DNA of 64,000 nt from Candidatus Omnitrophota bacterium (GTDB lineage Bacteria; Omnitrophota; Gorgyraeia; Aquiviventales; Aquiviventaceae): NCBI GenBank assembly GCA_016193195.1, contig JACPSQ010000086.1:17299-81298 (forward strand), in the 5' to 3' direction. The notes under the pieces are model-generated. The model was given only the letters and a program-made list of their open reading frames with translations, did not search any database and was not told the origin of the DNA. Shown piece by piece: positions 28,755 through 38,686 of the stretch (position 1 is the stretch's first letter; every line of letters starts with the position of its first letter). Both the position numbers and the translations under genes were made by a program.

Positions 28755-30311
28755 ATGACCGTGCGTCCTGAAGAACGGGGTTATCAGAGGAAGATCAAGA
28801 GCCGGGAGGAGCTTCGCCAGATTATTGGTCCACGTCCACGTCCACGGAAGGTGATCATGTGTCATGGGACGTTTGATCTGGTCCATCCAGGCCACATCCG
28901 CCATCTCATGTACGCCAAAAGCAAGGCAGACATCTTGATCACCAGCTTGACCTGTGATGCCCATATCGCGAAGGCCAATTTTCGCCCCTTTGTCCCACAA
29001 GATTTACGGGCGATGAACCTCGCCGCGCTTGAAGTCGTCGATTACGTCATGGTGGATGAGAACCCCACCCCGATTGACACTATCGCCTTCTTGCAACCCG
29101 ATTTCTTCGCGAAAGGGTACGAGTACTCGAAAGATGGTCTCCATCCCAAGACTCGCGAAGAGCTCAAAGTGTTAGAGTCATACGGTGGAGAGCTCATTTT
29201 TACGCCCGGTGACATCGTCTATTCTTCCTCACTCCTTCTTGAGTCCGGACCACCGAAACTCTCTGCAGAAAAACTGGTGACCCTGATGGAGTCAGAGGGG
29301 ATTACGTTCGACGGTCTCCGTAAGGCGCTGGACGACTTTGACAGAATTCGAGTCCACGTGCTCGGCGACACCATTGTCGACTCGCATACGTACTGCAGTC
29401 TGATTGGCGCGACGGCAAAGACCCCGACCTTCAGTGTGAAATATGAACGAAAGGTTGATTTTGTCGGCGGAGCGGGTGTCGTCGCCAAGCATCTTCGGAA
29501 AACGGGGGCTGCGGTCACGCTGTCCACCGTGTTGGGCGAAGATCCCCTCAAAGATTTTGTCCTGAACGATCTCGCGACCAGCGGGGTCGAGTGTGGACCA
29601 TGTGTTGATCACACCAGACCGACCACACAAAAGAACGTATTTATCGCGGATGGGTACCGGATGCTAAAGGTGGATCGACTCGACAACCGTCCAATTTCTG
29701 ACAAGACACTTGAACAGCTCTGCGATTCGCTGACGTCCTCACACGTCGATGCGGTGCTCTTCAGTGATTTTCGCCACGGGATCTTTAGCTCTCAAACGAT
29801 TCCTCATCTAACCTCGGCGATCCCAGGAGGCATATTCCGAGCAGCGGATAGTCAAGTCGCGAGTCGCTGGGGCAATATCCTGGAGTTTCAAGGATTCGAT
29901 CTCATCACCCCCAATGAGCGGGAAGCGCGATTCGCCTTAGGAGATCAGGATTCTGTCATTCGCCCACTGGCCTACACCCTCTACATGAAAGCGAAGTGCA
30001 AGGTCCTCATGCTCAAACTGGGGGATCGGGGATTGGTGACGTACAGGGCGCCCAGCGAGGATGTTCGTTCCTTCTTCACGATTGATAGTTTTGCAGAGCG
30101 GGTGGTTGATCCAGTGGGAGCTGGCGATGCCCTCCTGGCGTATGCCACCCTGGCGCTGGTCGCCACGCAGTCCCCCGTGATTGCCTCAATCCTTGGGGCC
30201 ATGGCTGCCGCGGTGGCTTGTGAGCACGAAGGGAATCTTCCCGTTTCCCTTGAGCAGATTCTTGAGAAACTCCAAGCCGTCGAACGCCAGGTTCGCTACG
30301 AGTACGTCTAG
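28755..30311 (+). CDS. Second reversed-order HldE-like bifunctional nucleotidyltransferase / PfkB kinase
   Basis: N-terminal KVIMCHGTFDLVHPGHIRHL is the HxGH nucleotidyltransferase motif. The C-terminus carries DPVGAGDALLA (PfkB). It is a paralog of 11726-13279. Confidence 0.75.
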   Translation: MTVRPEERGYQRKIKSREELRQIIGPRPRPRKVIMCHGTFDLVHPGHIRHLMYAKSKADILITSLTCDAHIAKANFRPFVPQDLRAMNLAALEVVDYVMVDENPTPIDTIAFLQPDFFAKGYEYSKDGLHPKTREELKVLESYGGELIFTPGDIVYSSSLLLESGPPKLSAEKLVTLMESEGITFDGLRKALDDFDRIRVHVLGDTIVDSHTYCSLIGATAKTPTFSVKYERKVDFVGGAGVVAKHLRKTGAAVTLSTVLGEDPLKDFVLNDLATSGVECGPCVDHTRPTTQKNVFIADGYRMLKVDRLDNRPISDKTLEQLCDSLTSSHVDAVLFSDFRHGIFSSQTIPHLTSAIPGGIFRAADSQVASRWGNILEFQGFDLITPNEREARFALGDQDSVIRPLAYTLYMKAKCKVLMLKLGDRGLVTYRAPSEDVRSFFTIDSFAERVVDPVGAGDALLAYATLALVATQSPVIASILGAMAAAVACEHEGNLPVSLEQILEKLQAVERQVRYEYV

Positions 30312-30312
30312 C

Positions 30313-31245
30313 ATGGCGATGAGAATCGTGGTTATCGGACTTGGCGTCCAAGGGCGCAAGCGCATGGCCGTCGCGAAGGATGAGGTCGTGGCGACCGTTG
30401 ACCCTGTGGTTGAGGAGGCGACCTTCCACGCGATTGAAGAGGTGCCGCTGGACTCATTCGATGCGGCGCTGGTTTGCACACCTGATCACACCAAGGCGGG
30501 CCTCTTGCGGTATCTCCTGTCCCATCGCAAGCATGTCCTGGTCGAGAAGCCGTTGGTGTCCGCTGACGTCGAGACGTTGCGGGAGTTCGAGACACTGGCA
30601 CGCGAGAGCTACGTGGCCTGCTACACGGCCTACAACCATCGGTTTGAGCCGCATATCGTGCGGATGAAGGCGCTTCTCGATGCCGGGACGCTTGGGCCGC
30701 TCTATCTCGTGCGAGGCTTCTACGGCAACGGGACGGCGCGCGATGTCCGGAGCTCCCTCTGGCGAGACCAAGGGCGCGGGGTGTTGTCGGATCTCGGCTC
30801 GCATCTGTTGGACATTGGCTTGTTTCTGTTCGGTGAGATCGATGGCAAGTTTGAGTTATGGAGCGCGAATCGGTTTGAGAATGAGGCCTTTGATCACGTG
30901 CTGTTTGGGGTGACCGGCAGGCCGGTGATGGAGTGGGAGGGAACATTCGTTGCCTGGCGCAATACGTTTACGCTCGATGTGTTCGGCGAACGGGGCAGTG
31001 CGCATATCCATGGGCTCTGCAAGTGGGGCCCAAGCCGCTTCATCCTTCGGCATCGAGTCTTGCCCAGCGGGCGACCCTCAGAACACGTGGACACGTTGGA
31101 GCAAGCCGATCCCACCTGGGCCTTGGAATATGCCTATTTCAAGCAATTGTGCCGAAGCGGAGGGACCAACCTGGAGAACGATATCTGGATTGCGGCGGTG
31201 TTGCACGGACTGGATCGTGCGATCGGACACGAGGTGCCGGCATGA
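30313..31245 (+). CDS. Gfo/Idh/MocA family NAD(P)-dependent oxidoreductase
   Basis: MRIVVIGLGVQGRKR Rossmann motif, with a GFM_C-like C-terminal domain. Confidence 0.75.
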   Translation: MAMRIVVIGLGVQGRKRMAVAKDEVVATVDPVVEEATFHAIEEVPLDSFDAALVCTPDHTKAGLLRYLLSHRKHVLVEKPLVSADVETLREFETLARESYVACYTAYNHRFEPHIVRMKALLDAGTLGPLYLVRGFYGNGTARDVRSSLWRDQGRGVLSDLGSHLLDIGLFLFGEIDGKFELWSANRFENEAFDHVLFGVTGRPVMEWEGTFVAWRNTFTLDVFGERGSAHIHGLCKWGPSRFILRHRVLPSGRPSEHVDTLEQADPTWALEYAYFKQLCRSGGTNLENDIWIAAVLHGLDRAIGHEVPA

Positions 31246-32543
31246 TCGGATTTGCCGGGCTCTCGCACCTGGGGATTGTTTCCAGCATCGTCGCCGCCTC
31301 AAAAGGCCATGACGTCGTCGCCTTTGATCCTGACGTCACGCGATGTGAAGCGCTTCGGCGAGGGCAGTTGCCGGTGGTGGAGCCTGGTCTCCAGGAGTTG
31401 CTGGCATCCGCCCGACCACGGATTCGGTTTACCAGCGATCCTCAAGCCCTTGCCGCATGCGCCGTGGTGATCTGTGCGGAGGATGTGCCCACGAGCGTGG
31501 ACAACACAAGCGAGTTTGGGCCCATCAACCGGCTGTTAGATACCGTCGAACAACAAGCCGCTCCAGGAATGAGCGTGGTCGTGCTGAGCCAGGTGCCGCC
31601 TGGATTCACCAGACAGTTGGCACGGAGATGGGCTGATCGGCGTCTGGAGGTGTTCTATCAGGCCGAGACCTTGATTTTCGGTCAGGCTGTGGAGCGGGCG
31701 CTCTCTCCGGAGCGGATGATTGTCGGCTGCGCAAGACCGCAACAGGCGCTTCCGGAGGCGTATGCGAACCTGCTGGCCAGTTTCAGCTGCCCGATTCTGC
31801 CGATGCGCTATGAAAGCGCTGAACTGGCCAAGATTGCCATCAACATGTTTCTCGTCTCGTCGGTCTCGACTACGAACATACTGGCGGAGTTGTGCGAGGC
31901 GATTGGGGCGGATTGGTCGGAGATCATCCCCGCGCTGCGATTGGATGCGCGCATCGGGCCGCGGGCCTATGTCACTCCGGGGCTTGGTCTGTCGGGAGGC
32001 AATCTCGAACGGGACCTCTCGACTTTCAGTCGCTTGGCTCAGGCGGCCGGAACAGATGCCCGGATGGTCGAGGCCTGGTTGGTCAATAGCGCGCACCGAC
32101 AGGGCTGGGTGTTGACGACGCTCGCCCGCGAGGTCTTGTCCTGTCAGACGGATCCCATGATTGCGGTCTGGGGCCTGGCCTATAAACCGCATACCCACTC
32201 CACGAAAAACTCCCCGGCACTGGCGTTGTTGGAAACCTTATCCGGCTCCGGCATCCGGGTGCAGGCCTACGATCCGGCCATCCGGCTCACGCGTCCAGAC
32301 TGGCCTCGGTTCACCCAGGTGTCCACGCCGCTGGAGGCATGTGGGGAAGCGGACGCCTTGGCGATTCTGACGTCTTGGCCGGAGTTTGCATCGGTGGATC
32401 TGACACGCGTCGCTCGGATCATGAGAGGCCGTCTGGTCATTGATCCATTGGGGATGCTGGACCCGGCAGGCTGTCAGGAGACCGGCCTGCGGCAGCGGCG
32501 CCTGGGAGTGCCGACATTGACGGAGGACCCCGTCCTATGCTGA
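31242..32543 (+). CDS. Nucleotide-sugar 6-dehydrogenase (UDP-glucose/GDP-mannose dehydrogenase family)
   Basis: MIGFAGLSHLGIV at the N-terminus and the central and C-terminal UDPG_MGDP_dh domains. ATGA-coupled. Confidence 0.75.
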   Translation: MIGFAGLSHLGIVSSIVAASKGHDVVAFDPDVTRCEALRRGQLPVVEPGLQELLASARPRIRFTSDPQALAACAVVICAEDVPTSVDNTSEFGPINRLLDTVEQQAAPGMSVVVLSQVPPGFTRQLARRWADRRLEVFYQAETLIFGQAVERALSPERMIVGCARPQQALPEAYANLLASFSCPILPMRYESAELAKIAINMFLVSSVSTTNILAELCEAIGADWSEIIPALRLDARIGPRAYVTPGLGLSGGNLERDLSTFSRLAQAAGTDARMVEAWLVNSAHRQGWVLTTLAREVLSCQTDPMIAVWGLAYKPHTHSTKNSPALALLETLSGSGIRVQAYDPAIRLTRPDWPRFTQVSTPLEACGEADALAILTSWPEFASVDLTRVARIMRGRLVIDPLGMLDPAGCQETGLRQRRLGVPTLTEDPVLC

Positions 32544-33454
32544 CCCACGCGTCGGAGGCGCCAAGCAGGCCGCGTCGAGTCGTGGTGCTTGGGGCGTCAG
32601 GGTTCGTCGGGGCGGACCTGATCGAGCATTTGCGAGGGCATGAGGTGCCGACACTGCCGCTGTCTTCCGCTGACGTGGATCTTCGCCAGGCTGAATCGGT
32701 GGAGCGGTTGGTACAGCTCGTCGACGAGGGGGACAGCCTCGTCATCGTGTCAGCCCTGACGCCTGACAAAGGCAAGGATGTCAAGACCTTCATGGCCAAT
32801 CTGACCATGGGAGCCCATGTGAGCGCGTTCCTCAGTCGCGTCCGGCTGGCCCAGGTGGTCTATGTCAGCTCCGACAGCGTGTATGATGATCAGGCCTCGC
32901 TCATCGACGAGACCACGCGGTGTGCTCCACAGACCTTCCACGGCCTCATGCATCTGGCTCGAGAGCGCATGGTGACTTCGGCCCTCCAGCCGTTGAAGAC
33001 GCCGTTGCTGATTATCCGCCCATCCCTGTTGTATGGGGCCCGTGATTCCCACAACGGCTACGGGCCGAATCGATTTCTGCGCTCAGCCAGGGAAGAGGCG
33101 CGCATTGAGCTGTTTGGCCAGGGTGAGGAAACGCGCGACCACGTCTATATCAAGGACTTGAGCCGATTGATCGGCCTCGGGTTGCTGCATGGGAGCCAGG
33201 GCGTGCTCAATGTCGCGACTGGACAGTCTGTGTCCTTCCGGAAAGTGGCTGAGCTGGTGGCCTCCATGGCTGACCACCCGGTTTGGATCGAGTGCCGACC
33301 ACGGACAGGCCCGATCAGCCATCGGCATTTTGATATCAAGACCCTCCTCAGCCGATTTCCGACGTTCCGCCTGACCCCGTTGCAGGAAGGCCTGGCCGAC
33401 ACGCTGCGGCAGATGAAGGCTTCTGCTGAAAAAACCATGCCGATCGCGGTCTGA
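32537..33454 (+). CDS. NAD-dependent epimerase/dehydratase family protein
   Basis: VVVLGASGFVGADL and YVSSDSVYD. Confidence 0.7.
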   Translation: MLTHASEAPSRPRRVVVLGASGFVGADLIEHLRGHEVPTLPLSSADVDLRQAESVERLVQLVDEGDSLVIVSALTPDKGKDVKTFMANLTMGAHVSAFLSRVRLAQVVYVSSDSVYDDQASLIDETTRCAPQTFHGLMHLARERMVTSALQPLKTPLLIIRPSLLYGARDSHNGYGPNRFLRSAREEARIELFGQGEETRDHVYIKDLSRLIGLGLLHGSQGVLNVATGQSVSFRKVAELVASMADHPVWIECRPRTGPISHRHFDIKTLLSRFPTFRLTPLQEGLADTLRQMKASAEKTMPIAV

Positions 33455-33457
33455 ACG

Positions 33458-34312
33458 ATGAGCACGACGCCACCAGAAGTTATGGCCGTTCCCCAGGCCG
33501 CCAGACGATTCGATGTGGAGGACTCGAAGCACCGGTGTGTTCGGTTCCGGAAACGCATCCTTGAAATCTCCCAGACCGTGACGGCATTGCACATCGGCGG
33601 GTCGTTTTCCTGCTTGGAGATGCTCGACACGATCTATTTCGGCCTGATGCGTCGAGACGGCCCCTCGCCTGATACGTTCATCCTGTCCAAGGGGCATGGA
33701 TCGATGGCGCAGTATGTGGTGTTGGAAGAGCTCGGGATCCTCTCGCGAGCAGACCTGGCGTTGTACTCTAAACCCGGCGGACGGATCGCCACCCATCCTG
33801 ACTATGGGACCCCGGGGATCGAAGCCTCGACCGGCTCACTTGGCCATGGCCTCGGGATGGCGCTCGGGATGGCCTTGGCGGATAAGGTCGCCGGCATCGA
33901 CCGTCATGTGTACGTGGTGATGAGCGATGGGGAAATGCAAGAAGGGTCAGTCTGGGAAGCCATGATGCTGGCGCCATCGCTGAAGCTCACCAACCTCATC
34001 GCCTTTCTCGATCTCAATGATTTTCAGTCTCTCGGCCAGACGAGCAAGATCCTTCCCAACTTTTATCCCGTGCGCGACAAGGTGACCGCCTTTGGGTGGG
34101 AGGCGGCTGAGGTGAATGGGCATGATGCCCAGGCGGTCTATCAGGCTGTCCAAGCTCGGAAAGGGTCGGTGCCCTTTCTGCTGATTGGACGAACCGTCAA
34201 GGGCAAGGGCGTCAGTTACATGGAACACGTTCCCATGTGGCACTACCGCTCTCCCTCGCCTGAGGAATATCAGCGGGCCCTGCAGGAATTGGATGGTGGT
34301 GAACTACGATGA
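33458..34312 (+). CDS. Transketolase, N-terminal subunit (second pair)
   Basis: GGSFSCLEMLDTIYF...ILSKGHG...GSLGHGLGMALGMAL...VVMSDGEMQEG. Confidence 0.8.
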   Translation: MSTTPPEVMAVPQAARRFDVEDSKHRCVRFRKRILEISQTVTALHIGGSFSCLEMLDTIYFGLMRRDGPSPDTFILSKGHGSMAQYVVLEELGILSRADLALYSKPGGRIATHPDYGTPGIEASTGSLGHGLGMALGMALADKVAGIDRHVYVVMSDGEMQEGSVWEAMMLAPSLKLTNLIAFLDLNDFQSLGQTSKILPNFYPVRDKVTAFGWEAAEVNGHDAQAVYQAVQARKGSVPFLLIGRTVKGKGVSYMEHVPMWHYRSPSPEEYQRALQELDGGELR

Positions 34313-35223
34313 GGGACGCGTTTGCGCGGGCGCTCTATCAGTTCGCCAAGCAGGATCCGAGGATCTTCATCATCGTCGCGGACATCTCTCCGGCCGGGAG
34401 CATGGCCCAGTTTCGGACGGAATTTCCAGAGCGCTTCGTCAACGTGGGCGTGGCGGAACAAAGCATGATCGGGATGTGCGCCGGACTGGCCATGCGGGGA
34501 TGCCGCCCGTTTGCCTACACGATCGCGACGTTTTCCATCTATCGGCCGTTCGAGTATGTGAGGGATGACCTCTGCTACCAGAACCTTCCGGTGACGGTGG
34601 TGGGCATCGGCGGCGGGGTGGCCTATTCGACGCTTGGGGGGACTCACCATGCGCAGGAAGACATTGCCATGATGTCGGCGTTGCCCAATATGTCGATCGT
34701 GGCCCCGTGCGATCCTCGAGAGACCGAAGCCGCTGTCGGGGCATGTGTTCGCCACGGTGGGCCGGTCTACCTGCGGTTGGGCAAGGCCGGTGAGCCCGAC
34801 CTGACGGCCAACGCCCTGGAGCCATTTCAATTCGGGAAACTTCGTCTCCTGAAGGAAGGGTCGGACGTCTGCCTCCTATCCTATGGGCCCATGACGGCTC
34901 TGGCGTTTGAGGTGGCTGCTCGCCTTGAAGCTGAGGGGTGTTCGGTTGCGGTGATGACCTGCCCCACACTCAAGCCGTTAGATACGGAGGGCCTCGTGCG
35001 GGTGCTGCGCCGATTCCACACTGTCGTCGTGGTCGAAGAGCATTCTGAACGCGGCGGCCTGGCTGTCCAAGTGAAGGCGCTGGCATGGGAGTCTGGGGCG
35101 AGCTGTCGCCTGGAGACCTTCAGCTTGAAGGATGCCTTCATCCATTTCTTCGGGACTCAACGCCAGATGTGGGGGGAGCATGGCCTCACCGCGGATGCCA
35201 TTTACACAAGGATTCGGGCATGA
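34309..35223 (+). CDS. Transketolase, C-terminal subunit (second pair)
   Basis: A pyrimidine-binding and C-terminal domain, ATGA-coupled to 33458-34312. Confidence 0.8.
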   Translation: MRDAFARALYQFAKQDPRIFIIVADISPAGSMAQFRTEFPERFVNVGVAEQSMIGMCAGLAMRGCRPFAYTIATFSIYRPFEYVRDDLCYQNLPVTVVGIGGGVAYSTLGGTHHAQEDIAMMSALPNMSIVAPCDPRETEAAVGACVRHGGPVYLRLGKAGEPDLTANALEPFQFGKLRLLKEGSDVCLLSYGPMTALAFEVAARLEAEGCSVAVMTCPTLKPLDTEGLVRVLRRFHTVVVVEEHSERGGLAVQVKALAWESGASCRLETFSLKDAFIHFFGTQRQMWGEHGLTADAIYTRIRA

Positions 35224-36188
35224 GGATGCCAGCGGAGCCAGTCATGCTGACACCTGAGCGCACTGGTCACGTCAACCGTCAGTTGCCGCAGGTCGCGGGT
35301 AACACCGCGGACTCGTCGATGGCGGCTCAGAACCTGATCCTCGTGGGCAAGCGCAGCTATATTGGGGGATATTTGGCGCGGTTCGCTGAAGCGAGGGGGG
35401 CGCGAGTGACCGCCCTGTCGTCTGACGATTGCAACTTTCTGCAGTGGCACGAGGTCGAACGGTTCTTCCGTTCCTTGGCAGAGGACCCCTACACGATCGT
35501 CTTTTTAGCGGTGGTGAACAAGCCCATCGCGACATCATACCAGTCCTTTCTCGAGAACACGCGGATCGTCAAACATCTCATCGATGGCCACACGCTCGCG
35601 CCTGTGAACGCCATCGTGTATTTCAGCTCCATGGACGTGTATGGGAGGCATCCTCGGCTTCCGATCACCGAGGAATCGCCTCTGGAGCCTGATACATGGT
35701 ATGCGCTGGCGAGACAGGTCTCGGAGTGGATGCTGCACTCTTCTGGGGAAGTCCGCTGCCCGGTCACGATCATCCGTGTCACCGCCGCCTATGGTCCTGC
35801 CCCCAATGACCCCAGCGTCATTGGCCGGATGGTGAGAGGCATCCAGGAGCAGGGGCAGGTGGTCATTCACGGATCCGGGACAACACGACGGGATTACGTC
35901 TATGTTGGGGATCTCTGTCGGCTGGTCGAGGCGGCCATCCCGTTGCGGTACAACGGCGTCTTGAATACCGCCACAGGCACATGTCGGAGCATCAACGAAA
36001 TTGCCCAGATGGTCGGACGGGTCTTGGAACGGCCGTTTGAGATCGTGCATGAGGCGGTCAATCCGGCCCGGGAATTTGACGCGGTCTTTGATATCACGAA
36101 ATTGCGAACGCTCTTACCGTCGTTCCAATTCAGCGAGATGGAGGTCGGAGTGCGCAGTTATCTCACAGAAGGTGGACGTATACGATGA
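35220..36188 (+). CDS. NAD-dependent epimerase/dehydratase family protein
   Basis: ILVGKRSYIGGYL Rossmann-like motif and YALARQ (YxxxR/K-like). ATGA-coupled. Confidence 0.65.
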   Translation: MRMPAEPVMLTPERTGHVNRQLPQVAGNTADSSMAAQNLILVGKRSYIGGYLARFAEARGARVTALSSDDCNFLQWHEVERFFRSLAEDPYTIVFLAVVNKPIATSYQSFLENTRIVKHLIDGHTLAPVNAIVYFSSMDVYGRHPRLPITEESPLEPDTWYALARQVSEWMLHSSGEVRCPVTIIRVTAAYGPAPNDPSVIGRMVRGIQEQGQVVIHGSGTTRRDYVYVGDLCRLVEAAIPLRYNGVLNTATGTCRSINEIAQMVGRVLERPFEIVHEAVNPAREFDAVFDITKLRTLLPSFQFSEMEVGVRSYLTEGGRIR

Positions 36189-37309
36189 CGACCGTTCTCG
36201 TCATCGGCGGGGGATTCGCCGGCTGCTGCGCGGCACACCTGTTGTCGAAGAAGGGATGGAAGGTCACGTTGGCCGAGACGGCTCCGTTTCTTGGCGGCGG
36301 CTGCAAGACCTTTTTCTACGGCGGCCACCCCTACACCTATGGCCCGCGTCACTTCTTGACACAGGATGAGCGGCTCTTCGATTTCCTCAACCAGTACGTG
36401 CCGATGCGCCGCATTCCGGGTCATGAGTTTTTGACCTACGTCGAGCGGGACCCTGGATTTTATCACTTCCCGATTCATCGAGATGACGTCGCGCTCATGC
36501 CGGACGCTCAACAGGTCGAGCAAGAGCTGGGCCAGCTCAACGGGGTAGAGGGCGCCCACAACCTGGAGGAATACTGGATTCGCTCGGTCGGCCCCACCCT
36601 CTACAGCAAGTTTATCGACGGCTATTCCCGCAAGATGTGGCAGATCTCGTCGAACACCGAGATCGACGACTTTGCCTTTTCGCCCAAGGGGGTGGCGTTG
36701 AAGACCGGGCCGACCAAGGCAGCCTGGACCGAAGCCGTCTCCGCCTATCCGCTGAAGATCAACGGCTATGACGACTATTTCGACATCGCCACCCGCGATA
36801 CCACGGTGTACTTGCGCACCAAAATCGAGGCCTACGACATTGCGCATTCGCGCGTGAAGATCAACGGGGAATGGCACACCTACGATGTCATTGTGAGCAC
36901 GACATCGCCTGAAGTCCTCTTGAACGGCGTCTTCGGGCCGTTGCGCTGGATCGGCCGCGACTTTTTGAAGATCGTGCTGCCGATCGAGCATGCCTTTCCG
37001 GAGCACGTGTACTTTCTGTACTACGCGAATCAGGAGCCGTTTACGAGAATCGTCGAATACAAAAAATTCTACCAGTACCAGGCGCCGACCACGTTGTTGG
37101 GGCTTGAAATCCCGTCCTTCAGCAATAAGCTCTATCCCTACCCAGTCAAGAAAGACCAAGCGATCGCGCAGCGATACTTGGACGCGTTGCCGGAGAACGT
37201 CTTCTCGATTGGACGGGCCGGATCGTACCGCTACATCGATGTCGATGACATCATCGCCCAATGCTTCGAGATGGCAGCCAAGCTGGATATCCCCGTTCCG
37301 CAGGTGTGA
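36185..37309 (+). CDS. glf: UDP-galactopyranose mutase-like FAD enzyme
   Basis: VLVIGGGFAGCCAAHLL FAD-binding motif. The size (374 aa) and conserved blocks fit Glf. Confidence 0.7.
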   Translation: MTTVLVIGGGFAGCCAAHLLSKKGWKVTLAETAPFLGGGCKTFFYGGHPYTYGPRHFLTQDERLFDFLNQYVPMRRIPGHEFLTYVERDPGFYHFPIHRDDVALMPDAQQVEQELGQLNGVEGAHNLEEYWIRSVGPTLYSKFIDGYSRKMWQISSNTEIDDFAFSPKGVALKTGPTKAAWTEAVSAYPLKINGYDDYFDIATRDTTVYLRTKIEAYDIAHSRVKINGEWHTYDVIVSTTSPEVLLNGVFGPLRWIGRDFLKIVLPIEHAFPEHVYFLYYANQEPFTRIVEYKKFYQYQAPTTLLGLEIPSFSNKLYPYPVKKDQAIAQRYLDALPENVFSIGRAGSYRYIDVDDIIAQCFEMAAKLDIPVPQV

Positions 37310-37319
37310 AAGGAGACCC

Positions 37320-38165
37320 ATGAAGTCGAGTGCGACAGAACCTCTCGTCATTGAGACATTCCTGACGCCTGAGGATCAGGCGTTGGACGAAGAGTTCCTA
37401 CGGCAAGGGTATGTGGTGCGAGACGTCGATCAACCGGACGTCCTCGATGGCATCCGCCACGGCGTCGTGGAGATCGCGTGCGAGCTGCTCGGCATCGACC
37501 TGCCCAAGGATGACGGCGAATTCCTTAACTCCATCCACACCCGCGTCACGGTTCAAAAGCTGAATGAATTCCGGGTGGCCATCTACAACGAGCTCAACAG
37601 CCGCTCCTGGTTCCGGCCAAGCTATTTCGCGCTCGGCAAAAGCACGCTCGAAAGCCTGGTGGGCAACGAGCTGGCGATGCAGAACCGCATTAATCTCTCC
37701 ATCCAGACGCCTCATGACGAAAGCTCGGTGCTTGAAATCCACAGCGATACGTTTGATTCGGAGACGCCGTTCCAGGTCGTCCAGTGGCTGCCGCTGGTGG
37801 ACGTCTATGAGACCAAATCGATGTTTCTCCTCCCACCTGAAGACAACCAGAAGGCGTTTCGGACGCTGAGGCGGCGGTTGGAAGAAGGGGGACCGGTACG
37901 GTTGTTCCAGGAGGTTCAGGATCGACTGGTCTGGCTCCGCGTGCCCTATGGCAAGGTTCTCGTCTTCACTCCCAATCTACTCCACGGCAATACCGTCAAC
38001 CGCGTGCCGGAGACCCGGTGGTCCTTCAATGGGCGGTTCAAAGGATTGTTCACACCGTACGGCGGCCCTGCGAAACACCTGGGCAGCTACTATCTGCCGA
38101 TCACGACGCGCACGGTCAGCCGCGTCGGCATGGCCTACCGGCCGCCGGAGGGCTTCAATGGATGA
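37320..38165 (+). CDS. Putative Fe(II)/2-oxoglutarate-dependent oxygenase (PhyH-like; 'sporadic carbohydrate cluster' type)
   Basis: A candidate HxD (EIHSDTFD) and a distal His (LLHGNTVN) spaced as in PhyH-type dioxygenases. The assignment is tentative. Confidence 0.4.
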   Translation: MKSSATEPLVIETFLTPEDQALDEEFLRQGYVVRDVDQPDVLDGIRHGVVEIACELLGIDLPKDDGEFLNSIHTRVTVQKLNEFRVAIYNELNSRSWFRPSYFALGKSTLESLVGNELAMQNRINLSIQTPHDESSVLEIHSDTFDSETPFQVVQWLPLVDVYETKSMFLLPPEDNQKAFRTLRRRLEEGGPVRLFQEVQDRLVWLRVPYGKVLVFTPNLLHGNTVNRVPETRWSFNGRFKGLFTPYGGPAKHLGSYYLPITTRTVSRVGMAYRPPEGFNG

Positions 38166-38601
38166 GGTCGCGGACGTCTCCCCACGGCGTGGCTATCGCG
38201 GCTACTGCACCAACGCGGAGTTTGGTGGCCACCGGATCCCGGTGCCGGTTCAGAATCTCATGCTTCGGGACTATGCACGGCGCAGGAATCTGTTCTTCAA
38301 ACTTTCCATCAACGAGCTACAGTTTCCCAACTGCTATCTGCAGTTAATGGGTTTGCTGACCCAGCTGCCGACATTGGAAGGTGTCATGATGTGCAGCCTA
38401 TTGATGCTCCCCAAGGATCCTGCCATGCGGCAGACCATTTACCGGGACTTTCTCGCGCACGGCGCCTCGCTGCATTTCGTGATGGAGAACCTGGTGATTC
38501 GCGCCGCCGAAGATATCGAGCAAGTGGAAGAAATCCTGGCGATCCGGAACGCGCTGCCGGCGTGCCCGAGTGCTATTCCGGAGGCCGTGGTGCGCGCATG
38601 A
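38158..38601 (+). CDS. Hypothetical protein (possibly LIC12192-like sporadic carbohydrate-cluster protein)
   Basis: A 147-aa product translationally overlapping the preceding gene (ATGGATGA). No recognisable catalytic motif. Confidence 0.3.
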   Translation: MDEVADVSPRRGYRGYCTNAEFGGHRIPVPVQNLMLRDYARRRNLFFKLSINELQFPNCYLQLMGLLTQLPTLEGVMMCSLLMLPKDPAMRQTIYRDFLAHGASLHFVMENLVIRAAEDIEQVEEILAIRNALPACPSAIPEAVVRA

Positions 38602-38686
38602 CGTGGTTCGGACTGCATCTGCTGTACGAGAATATTTTTCTCAATGGGAGGAGGGCTTTCTCACTTGCCGTGAGGAGTGACGATTC

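Noticed and set aside
36158-37351. 397-aa minus-strand ORF antisense to the Glf-like gene
   Set aside because: The plus frame carries an FAD-binding GGGFAG motif and Glf-like blocks. The minus frame has no signature.
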